Assembly: GCA_036574205.1 (NCBI GenBank)
Contig: JAINCQ010000034.1
Span: forward strand, 7,352-71,351
Length of the DNA stretch: 64,000 bases
Direction of reading: 5' to 3'
Source of the DNA: Elusimicrobiota bacterium
GTDB taxonomy: Bacteria; Elusimicrobiota; Elusimicrobia; Elusimicrobiales; UBA9959
The notes beneath the pieces were generated by a model that searched no databases, had not been told where the DNA came from, and saw only the letters and a list, made by a program, of their open reading frames with translations. This document shows, piece by piece, positions 28,569-36,504 of this stretch (the stretch's first letter is position 1; each line of letters begins with the position of its first letter). The translations under genes were made by a program, and so were the position numbers.

Positions 28569-30140
28569 ATGAACGCATATGAACCCCACAGAAAAGATGA
28601 GAAAAAAGGCTTTTTGCCATTTTTCTCAAAGGTATTTCAGTCATCTTCGAAAACCGTTGGTGGCCTTGGCAGCGCCGCATCAAAAGCTGCCATTGGTGGA
28701 GCAAAAGGTGGTTTTTTTGCTTCACTTTTTGCAACAAAGGCCGGAATTGTTGGACTTATGTTAGGAGCAGCTACTATAGCTGCTGGAATTGGAGTTATAT
28801 ATAATTACATAAGTCCATCCTCAGGTAAAATTTACACTCCTAACCTTTTTTCAAATGCTTATTATGAGGAAGCACAGAGGCAGGCTAACGCAGAAAGAGC
28901 AAACTATGCTGCCAATCCTTCTCAAGGTGTTTCCTCGCTTGATGTTTTTAGAGAGGGGGCTCAAAAAGAATTTGCTGATCAAGAAAAAACTGATCAAACA
29001 AAAGAGTCTTCTGAAAATGCTTCTGCTACCGCTCCGGAGGTAAATGCTGGCGATGTTTCTGCCTCTGGTGAGGTCGGACATGCTGGTTGGAAACTTCAAG
29101 CAAATCTGGGTTTTGATTCTAAATCTGCTGGTGGATCTGGAACATCTGGCGCAAAACTTCAAACATCCGGCGGATTATGGGGCGGGATTGGAAAGCAATT
29201 TTCTCCTATTTCAAGAAATGTCAACACAGCAAATTCTGGTGCTTCATCCAAGATGAATAAAGGGTTGACTGCAAGGGTTATAGCTTCTCCAAAGTATACA
29301 GTTCCAAATATAAACAAGAAAGGGGCTTTTGGTCAGGCTAAATATGCCGCTAATGTTGGCAAACAATCGGCTTACAACGTATCAGATGCCGGAGCAAGAA
29401 CAACTGCAGAACAGGCTTTTAGTGGAGAAACCGCTGGCTCTGGAGATATAGCTACACCTATAGGGGGAAGCGGTATTGGGGGGGCAGGTTTATCTCAAGG
29501 GAATAAATTAAAAGCAAATGATCCAGCATTAAGTATGAATGAATATACTCCACCTACTCCCAATAAATCTGATGATACTCCCTGGAAGAAACTTACAGAT
29601 TACGCTTTATACGGGATGCTTGCTTCAGCAGCATTTATATTTATAGCGTCTTTATTGGCAAATAAAGCAAAAGCATTATTAGCAAGCCCGGTGACTGCTC
29701 CCGGAGCTATTTCATTATTTAACGCTGCTAAAGTATTTTGTTATCTTGCTATGGCCGCTGCTGCTGTTGTTATAGGAATAGGAGTTATGCTTGCGACAAA
29801 ATACGGGCAGAAATGGATGGGTATTATGTATGGGCTGGTTGGTGGCACTCTTATTTTTCAGGCATATAAAGCCCTTAGCGGTATAAACGAGGGGCTTGAT
29901 AAAGCGCAACAAGCTGGACAGTTTTATGATAATGCGTTTTCTAAGATGAGCGAATCTCAGCAGGCTGCATTTAAGGCTTTGCCAGCAGATCAACAATGGC
30001 AACAGGTTTCAGCTTATAACGCAAATCCTAATGATTATATGTCGACCCTTAATTTGCAATCTGCTACTCCTTCAACTCCATCTAACAATATGATAGGAGA
30101 TTTTCCTGATCCAGGTGACAGTCCTACTAAATTTGCATAA
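28569..30140 (+). CDS. Hypothetical polytopic low-complexity protein, paralogue family member C
   Basis: 523 aa with a GGAGGG RBS. N-terminus KKGFLPFF..., Gly/Ala-rich hydrophobic GGAKGGFFASLFATKAGIVGLMLGAATIAAGIGVIY, and a long S/G/A/N-rich linker. TPWKKL is followed by 3-4 hydrophobic helices. Collinear with D. Confidence 0.7.
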   Translation: MNAYEPHRKDEKKGFLPFFSKVFQSSSKTVGGLGSAASKAAIGGAKGGFFASLFATKAGIVGLMLGAATIAAGIGVIYNYISPSSGKIYTPNLFSNAYYEEAQRQANAERANYAANPSQGVSSLDVFREGAQKEFADQEKTDQTKESSENASATAPEVNAGDVSASGEVGHAGWKLQANLGFDSKSAGGSGTSGAKLQTSGGLWGGIGKQFSPISRNVNTANSGASSKMNKGLTARVIASPKYTVPNINKKGAFGQAKYAANVGKQSAYNVSDAGARTTAEQAFSGETAGSGDIATPIGGSGIGGAGLSQGNKLKANDPALSMNEYTPPTPNKSDDTPWKKLTDYALYGMLASAAFIFIASLLANKAKALLASPVTAPGAISLFNAAKVFCYLAMAAAAVVIGIGVMLATKYGQKWMGIMYGLVGGTLIFQAYKALSGINEGLDKAQQAGQFYDNAFSKMSESQQAAFKALPADQQWQQVSAYNANPNDYMSTLNLQSATPSTPSNNMIGDFPDPGDSPTKFA

Positions 30141-30178
30141 AGAGATTGTAGGGGTTATTAAGTGAATTAGGAGGGTTT

Positions 30179-31711
30179 ATGAAAGAAGAAAACCTCAAAA
30201 GAAAAGAGGATAAAAAGAAAGGATTTTTGGCCTGGCTTAGAGAAAAGTTAGGTTTTAGCCCTAGAGGAGGGATGGGGAATCTTTCTCAAGGGCCAAGAGA
30301 CATAAACCTTGCTGGTTTAAGAGGAGCTGGCTCAGCGGCAAGATTTGGAGCAGGAGTTGGAAGATTTGGAGCTGGAGGTGCTTTTTCGTTCCTTGGAGGT
30401 AAGGCTGGAATAATTACAGCGGCACTTATCGCTCTTGCTGTTGGGACAACATTATATTACAAAAATAATTCTATGGGTGACGCGAATATGTCCGCTTCTA
30501 TGGGTGATTCCTCTAAGATAGCATCTTATGTCCCTAAGATTTTAAGGGAACAGTCAAATGCTTCTACTTTAGGAATGTTTGACAAAAGTGGTATAAAAGA
30601 TGAAGATGATATTGCTAATAAAGAAGAAGTAAAAGATGAGTCTACTAAAGCCGATGAAAGTGAACAAGTGAAGGAGAATCTTAATCCTGATCTTGGATTT
30701 GATAACAAACCAAATCTTCAATTTGGTGACAAACCAAGGCTCCAAACAGATATGCAGTTTGGTCTTTCAAGTAGCATTGGAGGAGATGGAAATAATAAAT
30801 TTAGCGCTTTGGGGGGGTTTGGGAATCATATGGGAAAATTTGGACCATCGGTTAAAGGTGATTTTTCAAAAAATGATCTTCTTAAGAATCTTAAAAAAAG
30901 CGCAAATTCTGGCAAATTGAGCGCTATGAAAAGCCAGAAACGACCGATAATTGCTCAGGGAACTAAATTCCAATCTGCTAAGGGAGGAAAAAGAGCTTTT
31001 GATCAGGCAAAGGCTATAAAAAGTATGCAAATGCAACCCAATTATGGTAAAGCTGATACTGCAAGAGCTACGATGGATAAAGCATGGGAAGGAGGAACTG
31101 GAAGTGGGGATGTTGGGGCACCTAGTGGAGGAACTGGAATATCTGATGGAGGAAGCGGACTTGTTCAAACCCCTTCTACTCTTGATAATATAGGAGATAC
31201 TACTGCTGGTGGGGTCCCCGATAACAATGTCCCGTCGACTCCTAATTATAAATTTGATACTCCATGGGCTTCGCTTATTCAAAAAGCTATGATGATGCTT
31301 ATGATTTCGGCTTTGCTTGCCGGAATAGCTTCTATGGTAGCAAAGATAAAACCATGGGGAATGATTGTTGCTGTTGGTCTTGCGTTAGCGGCTGCCGCTT
31401 TGGCTGTAATGGTTATAATGATAGGGATGAAATTGATGAAAGAATTTGGACAGCAGAAGCTTGGCATGTTATATGTTATCGGTGGTGGACTTGCTATTGC
31501 GGCGGCTGTTGCTTCAATTGCAGGAGTATGGGTTTCATGGGCAGCATTATTAGCTAAAATTTTAGCAGCGGGCGCTGGAATAATTGGAATGCTTGCTTCA
31601 ATGGCTGCCGGGCCTGCCGCCCAGGATTATGCTAATAAACAGATGGAGGAACAACAGTCACAAACCTCAAAGACAAATACTTCATCTTCATATCAAAGAT
31701 TTATAGGTTAG
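30179..31711 (+). CDS. Hypothetical polytopic low-complexity protein, paralogue family member D
   Basis: 510 aa with a GGAGGG RBS. N-terminus KKGFLAWL..., then GAGGAFSFLGGKAGIITAALIALAVGTTLYY. TPWASL is followed by 4 Ala/Gly-rich helices. Clear similarity to C in three blocks. Confidence 0.7.
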   Translation: MKEENLKRKEDKKKGFLAWLREKLGFSPRGGMGNLSQGPRDINLAGLRGAGSAARFGAGVGRFGAGGAFSFLGGKAGIITAALIALAVGTTLYYKNNSMGDANMSASMGDSSKIASYVPKILREQSNASTLGMFDKSGIKDEDDIANKEEVKDESTKADESEQVKENLNPDLGFDNKPNLQFGDKPRLQTDMQFGLSSSIGGDGNNKFSALGGFGNHMGKFGPSVKGDFSKNDLLKNLKKSANSGKLSAMKSQKRPIIAQGTKFQSAKGGKRAFDQAKAIKSMQMQPNYGKADTARATMDKAWEGGTGSGDVGAPSGGTGISDGGSGLVQTPSTLDNIGDTTAGGVPDNNVPSTPNYKFDTPWASLIQKAMMMLMISALLAGIASMVAKIKPWGMIVAVGLALAAAALAVMVIMIGMKLMKEFGQQKLGMLYVIGGGLAIAAAVASIAGVWVSWAALLAKILAAGAGIIGMLASMAAGPAAQDYANKQMEEQQSQTSKTNTSSSYQRFIG

Positions 31712-31741
31712 AAAGAAATGATATGAGGATGAGGAGGTTTT

Positions 31742-33376
31742 ATGGCTAATAAATTTATTGAAAAGCATAAAAGAAAGTCTGTTCTTGGCTTGCTTCTGTT
31801 GTTATGGAGGGGAAGGGCTAAGTATATAGTTTTGCTTGTTATGGTTATACTCTTTTCTATCCCTTTTGTTGCTACTTCGGATATGCTTGAAAGGTTTGTG
31901 GGGCTTGCCCCTATTAGATATCTTGTTAAACTAATGGGATTAGAAAGCGTTATGGCTTCTATCAATCCAAAATACTCCAGTGATATATTAAAAGCCGCTT
32001 TTGACAGGTTGAAACAGGAATATGATGCCAGTAATTTGTGGAACAAGGTAACTGGAGGATATGAGGAAAGAAGCGGTAGAGGAACATTGGATATGGTTCG
32101 TGTTGGAGATGGGTTTTACGATGGGATAAAGAGGGGAAAAGGGAGTAAAGTTGATGGTAACGATATTGATGGAGTTGTAGATAAATATGATGTTGAAAAA
32201 GGTTATGGCGCTGATGGAATTGACTTTAATCACTTATTAACAGATCTTCCAGCTGACTTCCAGACAAAGGCAAGCGCTGATGGAATTGACTTCAATCACT
32301 TATCAGGAAGACTTCAAAGTAGTCTGTTAGGGATAAGCGGATTTACAGGAGGTGGTGGTGCTTCTAATCAGGGATCTAACTATGGTCCTTATATAGCTAA
32401 AAATACTTTTGGCGGAAAAGGTTCTTTAGGTTATGCCGGGAAAGGAAATATGTCTGTGTCATCCCTTGATTCTATAAAAAGTAATATCCCAAATGTTAAG
32501 GATCCGACAAGCGGGAAAGGTAAGATAAAAATAAAAAAAATGGGAAATCTTACTGCATTTGGATGGAAAAATGTTGGTTATGCAAAAAAAGGCGCTAATG
32601 TGGATGTGAAAGTTTCTGGTTCAAAGAGAGCTTTATTTCAAATGGGAGAAGCGCTTGCAACCACTTCAATGGCTTATAAACAAAATCCTGCTTATGAATA
32701 TCAGGCTGCCTATACTGGAGCAACATATGATGGAACCACTCTTAATGCAGATATAGTAAACACTGCTGGAGATACAAATACTAATCTCCCTGACACAGGT
32801 TATGTTTCCGATGTTATAGAATCTGCCCAACACTGGGAGGAGATTGCAAAAAAATGTCAGGATGCTCAAGCAACTCATGGAACAAGAATTTCTCAGCTTC
32901 AAGATGAGATGGACGCAATATCTAAAACTATGACTAATCCTCCAAAATGTTGCAAGAATGTTAAACCGTGGAATTCAAAGGTAAGCCAGCTTGTTGCTAA
33001 ATGTAACGAATTGAACAATGAATCTACATTGCTTGCTCAAAAATGTGGAAGTTCAAATCCACAAACTATAAACTGTCAGCAGACTTATGGAAAGATGTAT
33101 ATAAAACCATGCAGCAAACGGAAATGCTGGCTTGGTATTATACTTGCTATAGTTGGATTATTGGTTGGTTTCCTTGTCGGTGGAATATTAGGAGCGGTAA
33201 TAGGCGCTGCTATAGGTTTTGCTCTTGGAAGTGTGGCTTCTATTTATTTTCAAATGGCGGCTATGGGCGCGGCTTTCGCGGGTGCTGGGGCGTATTTTGC
33301 TGATAAAAAATCAGAAACTGCTATAAAAGTGGTAGAGGATGTAAACGAGGATGTGAGAAATAGTAAAAATGATTAG
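31742..33376 (+). CDS. Hypothetical membrane protein, paralogue family member E (internal 22-aa duplication, Cys-rich module, glycine-zipper tail)
   Basis: 544 aa. N-terminus KHKRKSVLGLLLLLW...IVLLVMVILFSIPFV. ADGIDFNHL occurs twice, 22 aa apart. C-terminal CCKNVKPW...KCNEL...KCGSS...INCQQ...KPCSKRKC, then GIILAIVGLLVGFLVGGILGAVIGAAIGFALGSVASIYFQMAAMGAAFAGAGAYF. Confidence 0.7.
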   Translation: MANKFIEKHKRKSVLGLLLLLWRGRAKYIVLLVMVILFSIPFVATSDMLERFVGLAPIRYLVKLMGLESVMASINPKYSSDILKAAFDRLKQEYDASNLWNKVTGGYEERSGRGTLDMVRVGDGFYDGIKRGKGSKVDGNDIDGVVDKYDVEKGYGADGIDFNHLLTDLPADFQTKASADGIDFNHLSGRLQSSLLGISGFTGGGGASNQGSNYGPYIAKNTFGGKGSLGYAGKGNMSVSSLDSIKSNIPNVKDPTSGKGKIKIKKMGNLTAFGWKNVGYAKKGANVDVKVSGSKRALFQMGEALATTSMAYKQNPAYEYQAAYTGATYDGTTLNADIVNTAGDTNTNLPDTGYVSDVIESAQHWEEIAKKCQDAQATHGTRISQLQDEMDAISKTMTNPPKCCKNVKPWNSKVSQLVAKCNELNNESTLLAQKCGSSNPQTINCQQTYGKMYIKPCSKRKCWLGIILAIVGLLVGFLVGGILGAVIGAAIGFALGSVASIYFQMAAMGAAFAGAGAYFADKKSETAIKVVEDVNEDVRNSKND

Positions 33377-33423
33377 GATTAATAAAAAGTTAGGACTGAT
33401 GAGTGAAGTTGTTTTAAAAAAAA

Positions 33424-33461
33424 GCCCAGGTATCTTTTAAAAAATGATGCCTGGGTTTTTA
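33424..33461 (+). terminator. Rho-independent terminator after gene E
   Basis: 10-bp stem cccaggtatc / gatgcctggg (one G-U pair), an 11-nt A/T loop, then TTTTT. Confidence 0.7.
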
Positions 33462-33574
33462 TGTTCTCTTAAGGGGATTTATAGGGGTGCTAATAGTCCT
33501 ATAAAAGAAAAGGAAAAAAGGCTCTTTTGTTTTTGCTAATTTTATAGTAGATTATAATTAATAGTGGAGGAGTT

Positions 33575-36394
33575 ATGAATTTTAACATAAACAAAAGTGA
33601 TGATAATGAAAAAAAAGATAACCTGAACATCCCTTTCTCTAAAGAAACCTCAATAAAGAAGAAGGGGTTTGCTTTAGCAAAGATAAAGGGAAGTACTTCT
33701 ATAATTGACAAACTTAAAACTTTATCAAAAAAAGATATTTCATATTTGCTTGTGGGAGTTTCAATATTGATTTTTGCACCTGTGGCTGAATATTTCCTGT
33801 CAAAACCACAGACATCAACTGCTCTTACGCCGGGTTTTGGAGAAAGAAGAGCATCAGATAGTGGTGGGATTTATGAGCCTGGAGTAAATGCTTTAAGTGC
33901 GGGTTCGCCAGATGGTATGGATGAAGTAATTGCTCCTCTTACAGCAAGAGACCCCGCTTCTTTGATTTTAGGCGCTCAAAAACAGGAACCTCCTCAAATA
34001 CCACAACCGCCTGCAGAAACCAAAAGGGATTCAATAGCAGATATTGCAAGAAAATCTTTTTCTGAAGCTGTCAAATCTTCTCCTGCGCCATTTATCCCTC
34101 CAAAAATGCAGGCAAGTCTTAGGGGTGCTTCTTCTTTTTTTGGCGGTGGAGAAAGTTCAAGGACAAGTGGCGTAATTGGAGGAGGCAAGATTATTGCTGA
34201 CGCAAAAAATGCTCCAACAAAATCACAGAAAAAGTCTATGATAGGGGCTCAGGCTATACCTGGATATAAAGGTGTTGCTTCGCAATCTGATTCTGTCAAT
34301 AAAGGCGCTTTTGAAAAAATAAGAAATGCTGCTGACAAAGCTGCGGGATATTTTTCCGGAGCAAATGCAGTGGAATCCCTTGATAAAGCAGGTGCGGCAT
34401 CTATAAATCCGGTTGGTAGTGGTGGACTTGGTGGTGGACTTGATGGTGGAAGAAACACAAATCCTTCTAACTCAAGCCTGAGGGATTTAAGGTCATATAG
34501 CCCGGGAGATCCATGCCGAGGTTCTATTGAAAGGGAATTAGCTTGCGAAAATGCAAGAAAAGCGAATGCTTTTAAAAACTGGCTTAAATATGATTTACCA
34601 CAAAGCATAATACAGCAGGCTGTAAGTAACATAATAGGAAAGGGTTTACTGGAACCTATAGGTAAAAAAGTTGCGAGTGCAACAAATTCTTTATTAAATC
34701 CACTTCCTCCGGACGATCCGAGTAACCATAAATATTGCTGGAAGTCTGCAACAATAAAGATAGAAGTTATGGTCCACGAGCAATCAAATGGGGTAATACA
34801 ACTTGTACCACCGGTCACATTAAATGATTGTCCTTGTGGCTTTTTAACTACTAAGCCGGATCCGGCTATGGGTCCTTCTTGCAGTTCTTCCGCGGGTGGA
34901 ACTACTACACAAAATGGAGGAGCAGTTGATTCAGGGTCAACCGCGACTAATAATGGTGAAAGTAGCAATACTTCTTCAACTGCAAATCCTCAAACCGGAC
35001 ATAACAGTGGAAGCGGCGGGGTTAGCGATGATATTAAAGGAGATATTGAAGCATATGATGCATATCTTGAAAAAGCTATTTCTGCCGCAAGAGCAGGAAG
35101 AGAAGCTACAACTGTAGCACAATTAAAAGAACAATCTAAAGTAGCAGGAGAAAACATAGAGCAGGCTATATCGGTAGCTCAAAAAATAACTCAGTCAAAT
35201 ACCGCAAAAATTGATTCTAATGGATTTAAAAAGGTTACTGAATATAAAACTGCTATAGCTGAAGTGGATTCCAAATTAAAGACAGTGAGAGAGGATTATA
35301 ATTCTTTTAATAACGAAATAGTTTCTTTTAACTCCACGCTTGAAAAAGCAATAGCAGATTATAAAGCCGGTAAGATAAAACCAAAATTGGCTAAAGGCGT
35401 TACCGCTGAAACTTTGGGAGGAAGCGAGGTTATAGTTAAACTTGAAGAGGCTAAATCAAAAGTTGAAAAAATAAAACAAGAAACTGCCCAGATTAAAGAT
35501 GAGTATCTTAATAAATTTGAACAGAGATTGAAAAGTCATAATTCAGCATATAGCTGGTATGTAAATCAGATAAAGCTTGCAAAAGATGCAAACAAAAACA
35601 TATATTCAGCATCAGGTTCACATGCATCTGAAGTAAAAAGCATCAACGCTCAAATAGCTCAAATACCTGATAATACTGCTGATCAGGCTTCAGTTTCAAC
35701 ATTAAAACAAATGTTTACATCTTTGACTGGCTTAAACGCTGAAAATGTTGGAATTAACGTTCAGCCTCAGACGGTCCTTGTCTCTTTGGATATTAAAGAA
35801 TACAGAATGAGCGTTGGGGATGAATCCGACAAAATTTCTACGCTTATTAAGTGGCGTTCTGCTGATAAAGAGCAGGCTATGGCTGGGAAAATAAGTGATA
35901 CAACTGCAATAGAACTGGAGAAGAAAAATTTTGAAGATGCAAAACCATCAGCTAAATTGTCTAAAGGGGATTACGCAACTTCTTTTGCAAATCTCTCTAT
36001 GGATAATAGCTTTGTTATATCAATTATAAGAGCTGCTATGGTTGATAAAGATGTGGAGGAGTCCAAAAAACTTGTCTCCGGGGTTCTTGAAGGGCTTGAT
36101 GGTTATAAAACTTTACTTGAAGCAAATAAAACTGACCTTGCAAATGTTAAATCAGAGATTAAACCTTTGCTTGATCAATTAGGGCCAGTTGCATCAACCA
36201 ATCCTAAACCAGCGCCAAAACCAAAACCGAAACCAAAGCCAAAACCAAAACCGAAACCAAAGCCAAAACCAGAACCCACAGGAAAACCGACAAATAGTAA
36301 TTCCACAGTTGTTAATGTGACTGTTATAAATCAAGTAAGCGCAAGCGCTGATGCTAATTCAAATTCAGGCATTCAGGTTATTAAGAAAAAATAG
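33575..36394 (+). CDS. Hypothetical large membrane-anchored protein, paralogue family member F (coiled-coil region, C-terminal Pro-Lys repeat)
   Basis: 939 aa with a GGAGG RBS. N-terminus KKKGFALAKIKG...ISYLLVGVSILIFAPVAEYF (TM). An S/G/A/P-rich region, a Cys-containing module (CRGSIERELACENA...YCWKS...NDCPCGF), a ~450-aa helical Lys/Glu/Ala-rich region, then NPKPAPKPKPKPKPKPKPKPKPKPEP. Confidence 0.7.
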   Translation: MNFNINKSDDNEKKDNLNIPFSKETSIKKKGFALAKIKGSTSIIDKLKTLSKKDISYLLVGVSILIFAPVAEYFLSKPQTSTALTPGFGERRASDSGGIYEPGVNALSAGSPDGMDEVIAPLTARDPASLILGAQKQEPPQIPQPPAETKRDSIADIARKSFSEAVKSSPAPFIPPKMQASLRGASSFFGGGESSRTSGVIGGGKIIADAKNAPTKSQKKSMIGAQAIPGYKGVASQSDSVNKGAFEKIRNAADKAAGYFSGANAVESLDKAGAASINPVGSGGLGGGLDGGRNTNPSNSSLRDLRSYSPGDPCRGSIERELACENARKANAFKNWLKYDLPQSIIQQAVSNIIGKGLLEPIGKKVASATNSLLNPLPPDDPSNHKYCWKSATIKIEVMVHEQSNGVIQLVPPVTLNDCPCGFLTTKPDPAMGPSCSSSAGGTTTQNGGAVDSGSTATNNGESSNTSSTANPQTGHNSGSGGVSDDIKGDIEAYDAYLEKAISAARAGREATTVAQLKEQSKVAGENIEQAISVAQKITQSNTAKIDSNGFKKVTEYKTAIAEVDSKLKTVREDYNSFNNEIVSFNSTLEKAIADYKAGKIKPKLAKGVTAETLGGSEVIVKLEEAKSKVEKIKQETAQIKDEYLNKFEQRLKSHNSAYSWYVNQIKLAKDANKNIYSASGSHASEVKSINAQIAQIPDNTADQASVSTLKQMFTSLTGLNAENVGINVQPQTVLVSLDIKEYRMSVGDESDKISTLIKWRSADKEQAMAGKISDTTAIELEKKNFEDAKPSAKLSKGDYATSFANLSMDNSFVISIIRAAMVDKDVEESKKLVSGVLEGLDGYKTLLEANKTDLANVKSEIKPLLDQLGPVASTNPKPAPKPKPKPKPKPKPKPKPKPEPTGKPTNSNSTVVNVTVINQVSASADANSNSGIQVIKKK
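36203..36277 (+). repeat. Hexanucleotide (CCN-AAR)n repeat encoding (Pro-Lys)n, containing an exact 24-nt tandem duplication
   Basis: ccaaaaccaaaaccgaaaccaaag occurs twice in tandem (36215-36238 and 36239-36262), flanked by further cca/aaa units. Confidence 0.9.
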
Positions 36395-36423
36395 TTTGTT
36401 AAGCTCTTTTTGGATTAGATAAA

Positions 36424-36455
36424 CTGCCCGAAAGAATTCGGGCAGTTTTTATTTT
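36424..36455 (+). terminator. Rho-independent terminator after gene F
   Basis: 9-bp stem ctgcccgaa / ttcgggcag, a 4-nt loop, then TTTTTATTTT. An A-tract upstream could make it bidirectional. Confidence 0.75.
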
Positions 36456-36504
36456 GAGCGAGATTTAATAAATGGTATAATATTGCTTAATGGAGGTTTT
36501 AAAT

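Noticed and set aside
34249-34968. 239-aa minus-strand ORF inside gene F, and similar antisense or alternate-frame ORFs at 28579-29256, 30866-31282, 31264-31557, 31708-32046 and 33043-33303
   Set aside because: They arise because the Gly/Ala/Ser-rich coding strand is locally G+C-rich and stop-poor in other frames. They have no RBS or motifs, and they overlap ORFs that have RBSs and paralogue support.
26211-36394. Interpreting the six-gene cluster as a type IV secretion (VirB6/VirB10-like), Tad or TonB system
   Set aside because: There is no VirB4/VirB11/VirD4-type ATPase, secretin, prepilin motif or TonB C-terminal domain. The similarity is limited to generic features (polytopic helices, a Pro-rich spacer). 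The idea is kept only as a hypothesis for profile searches.
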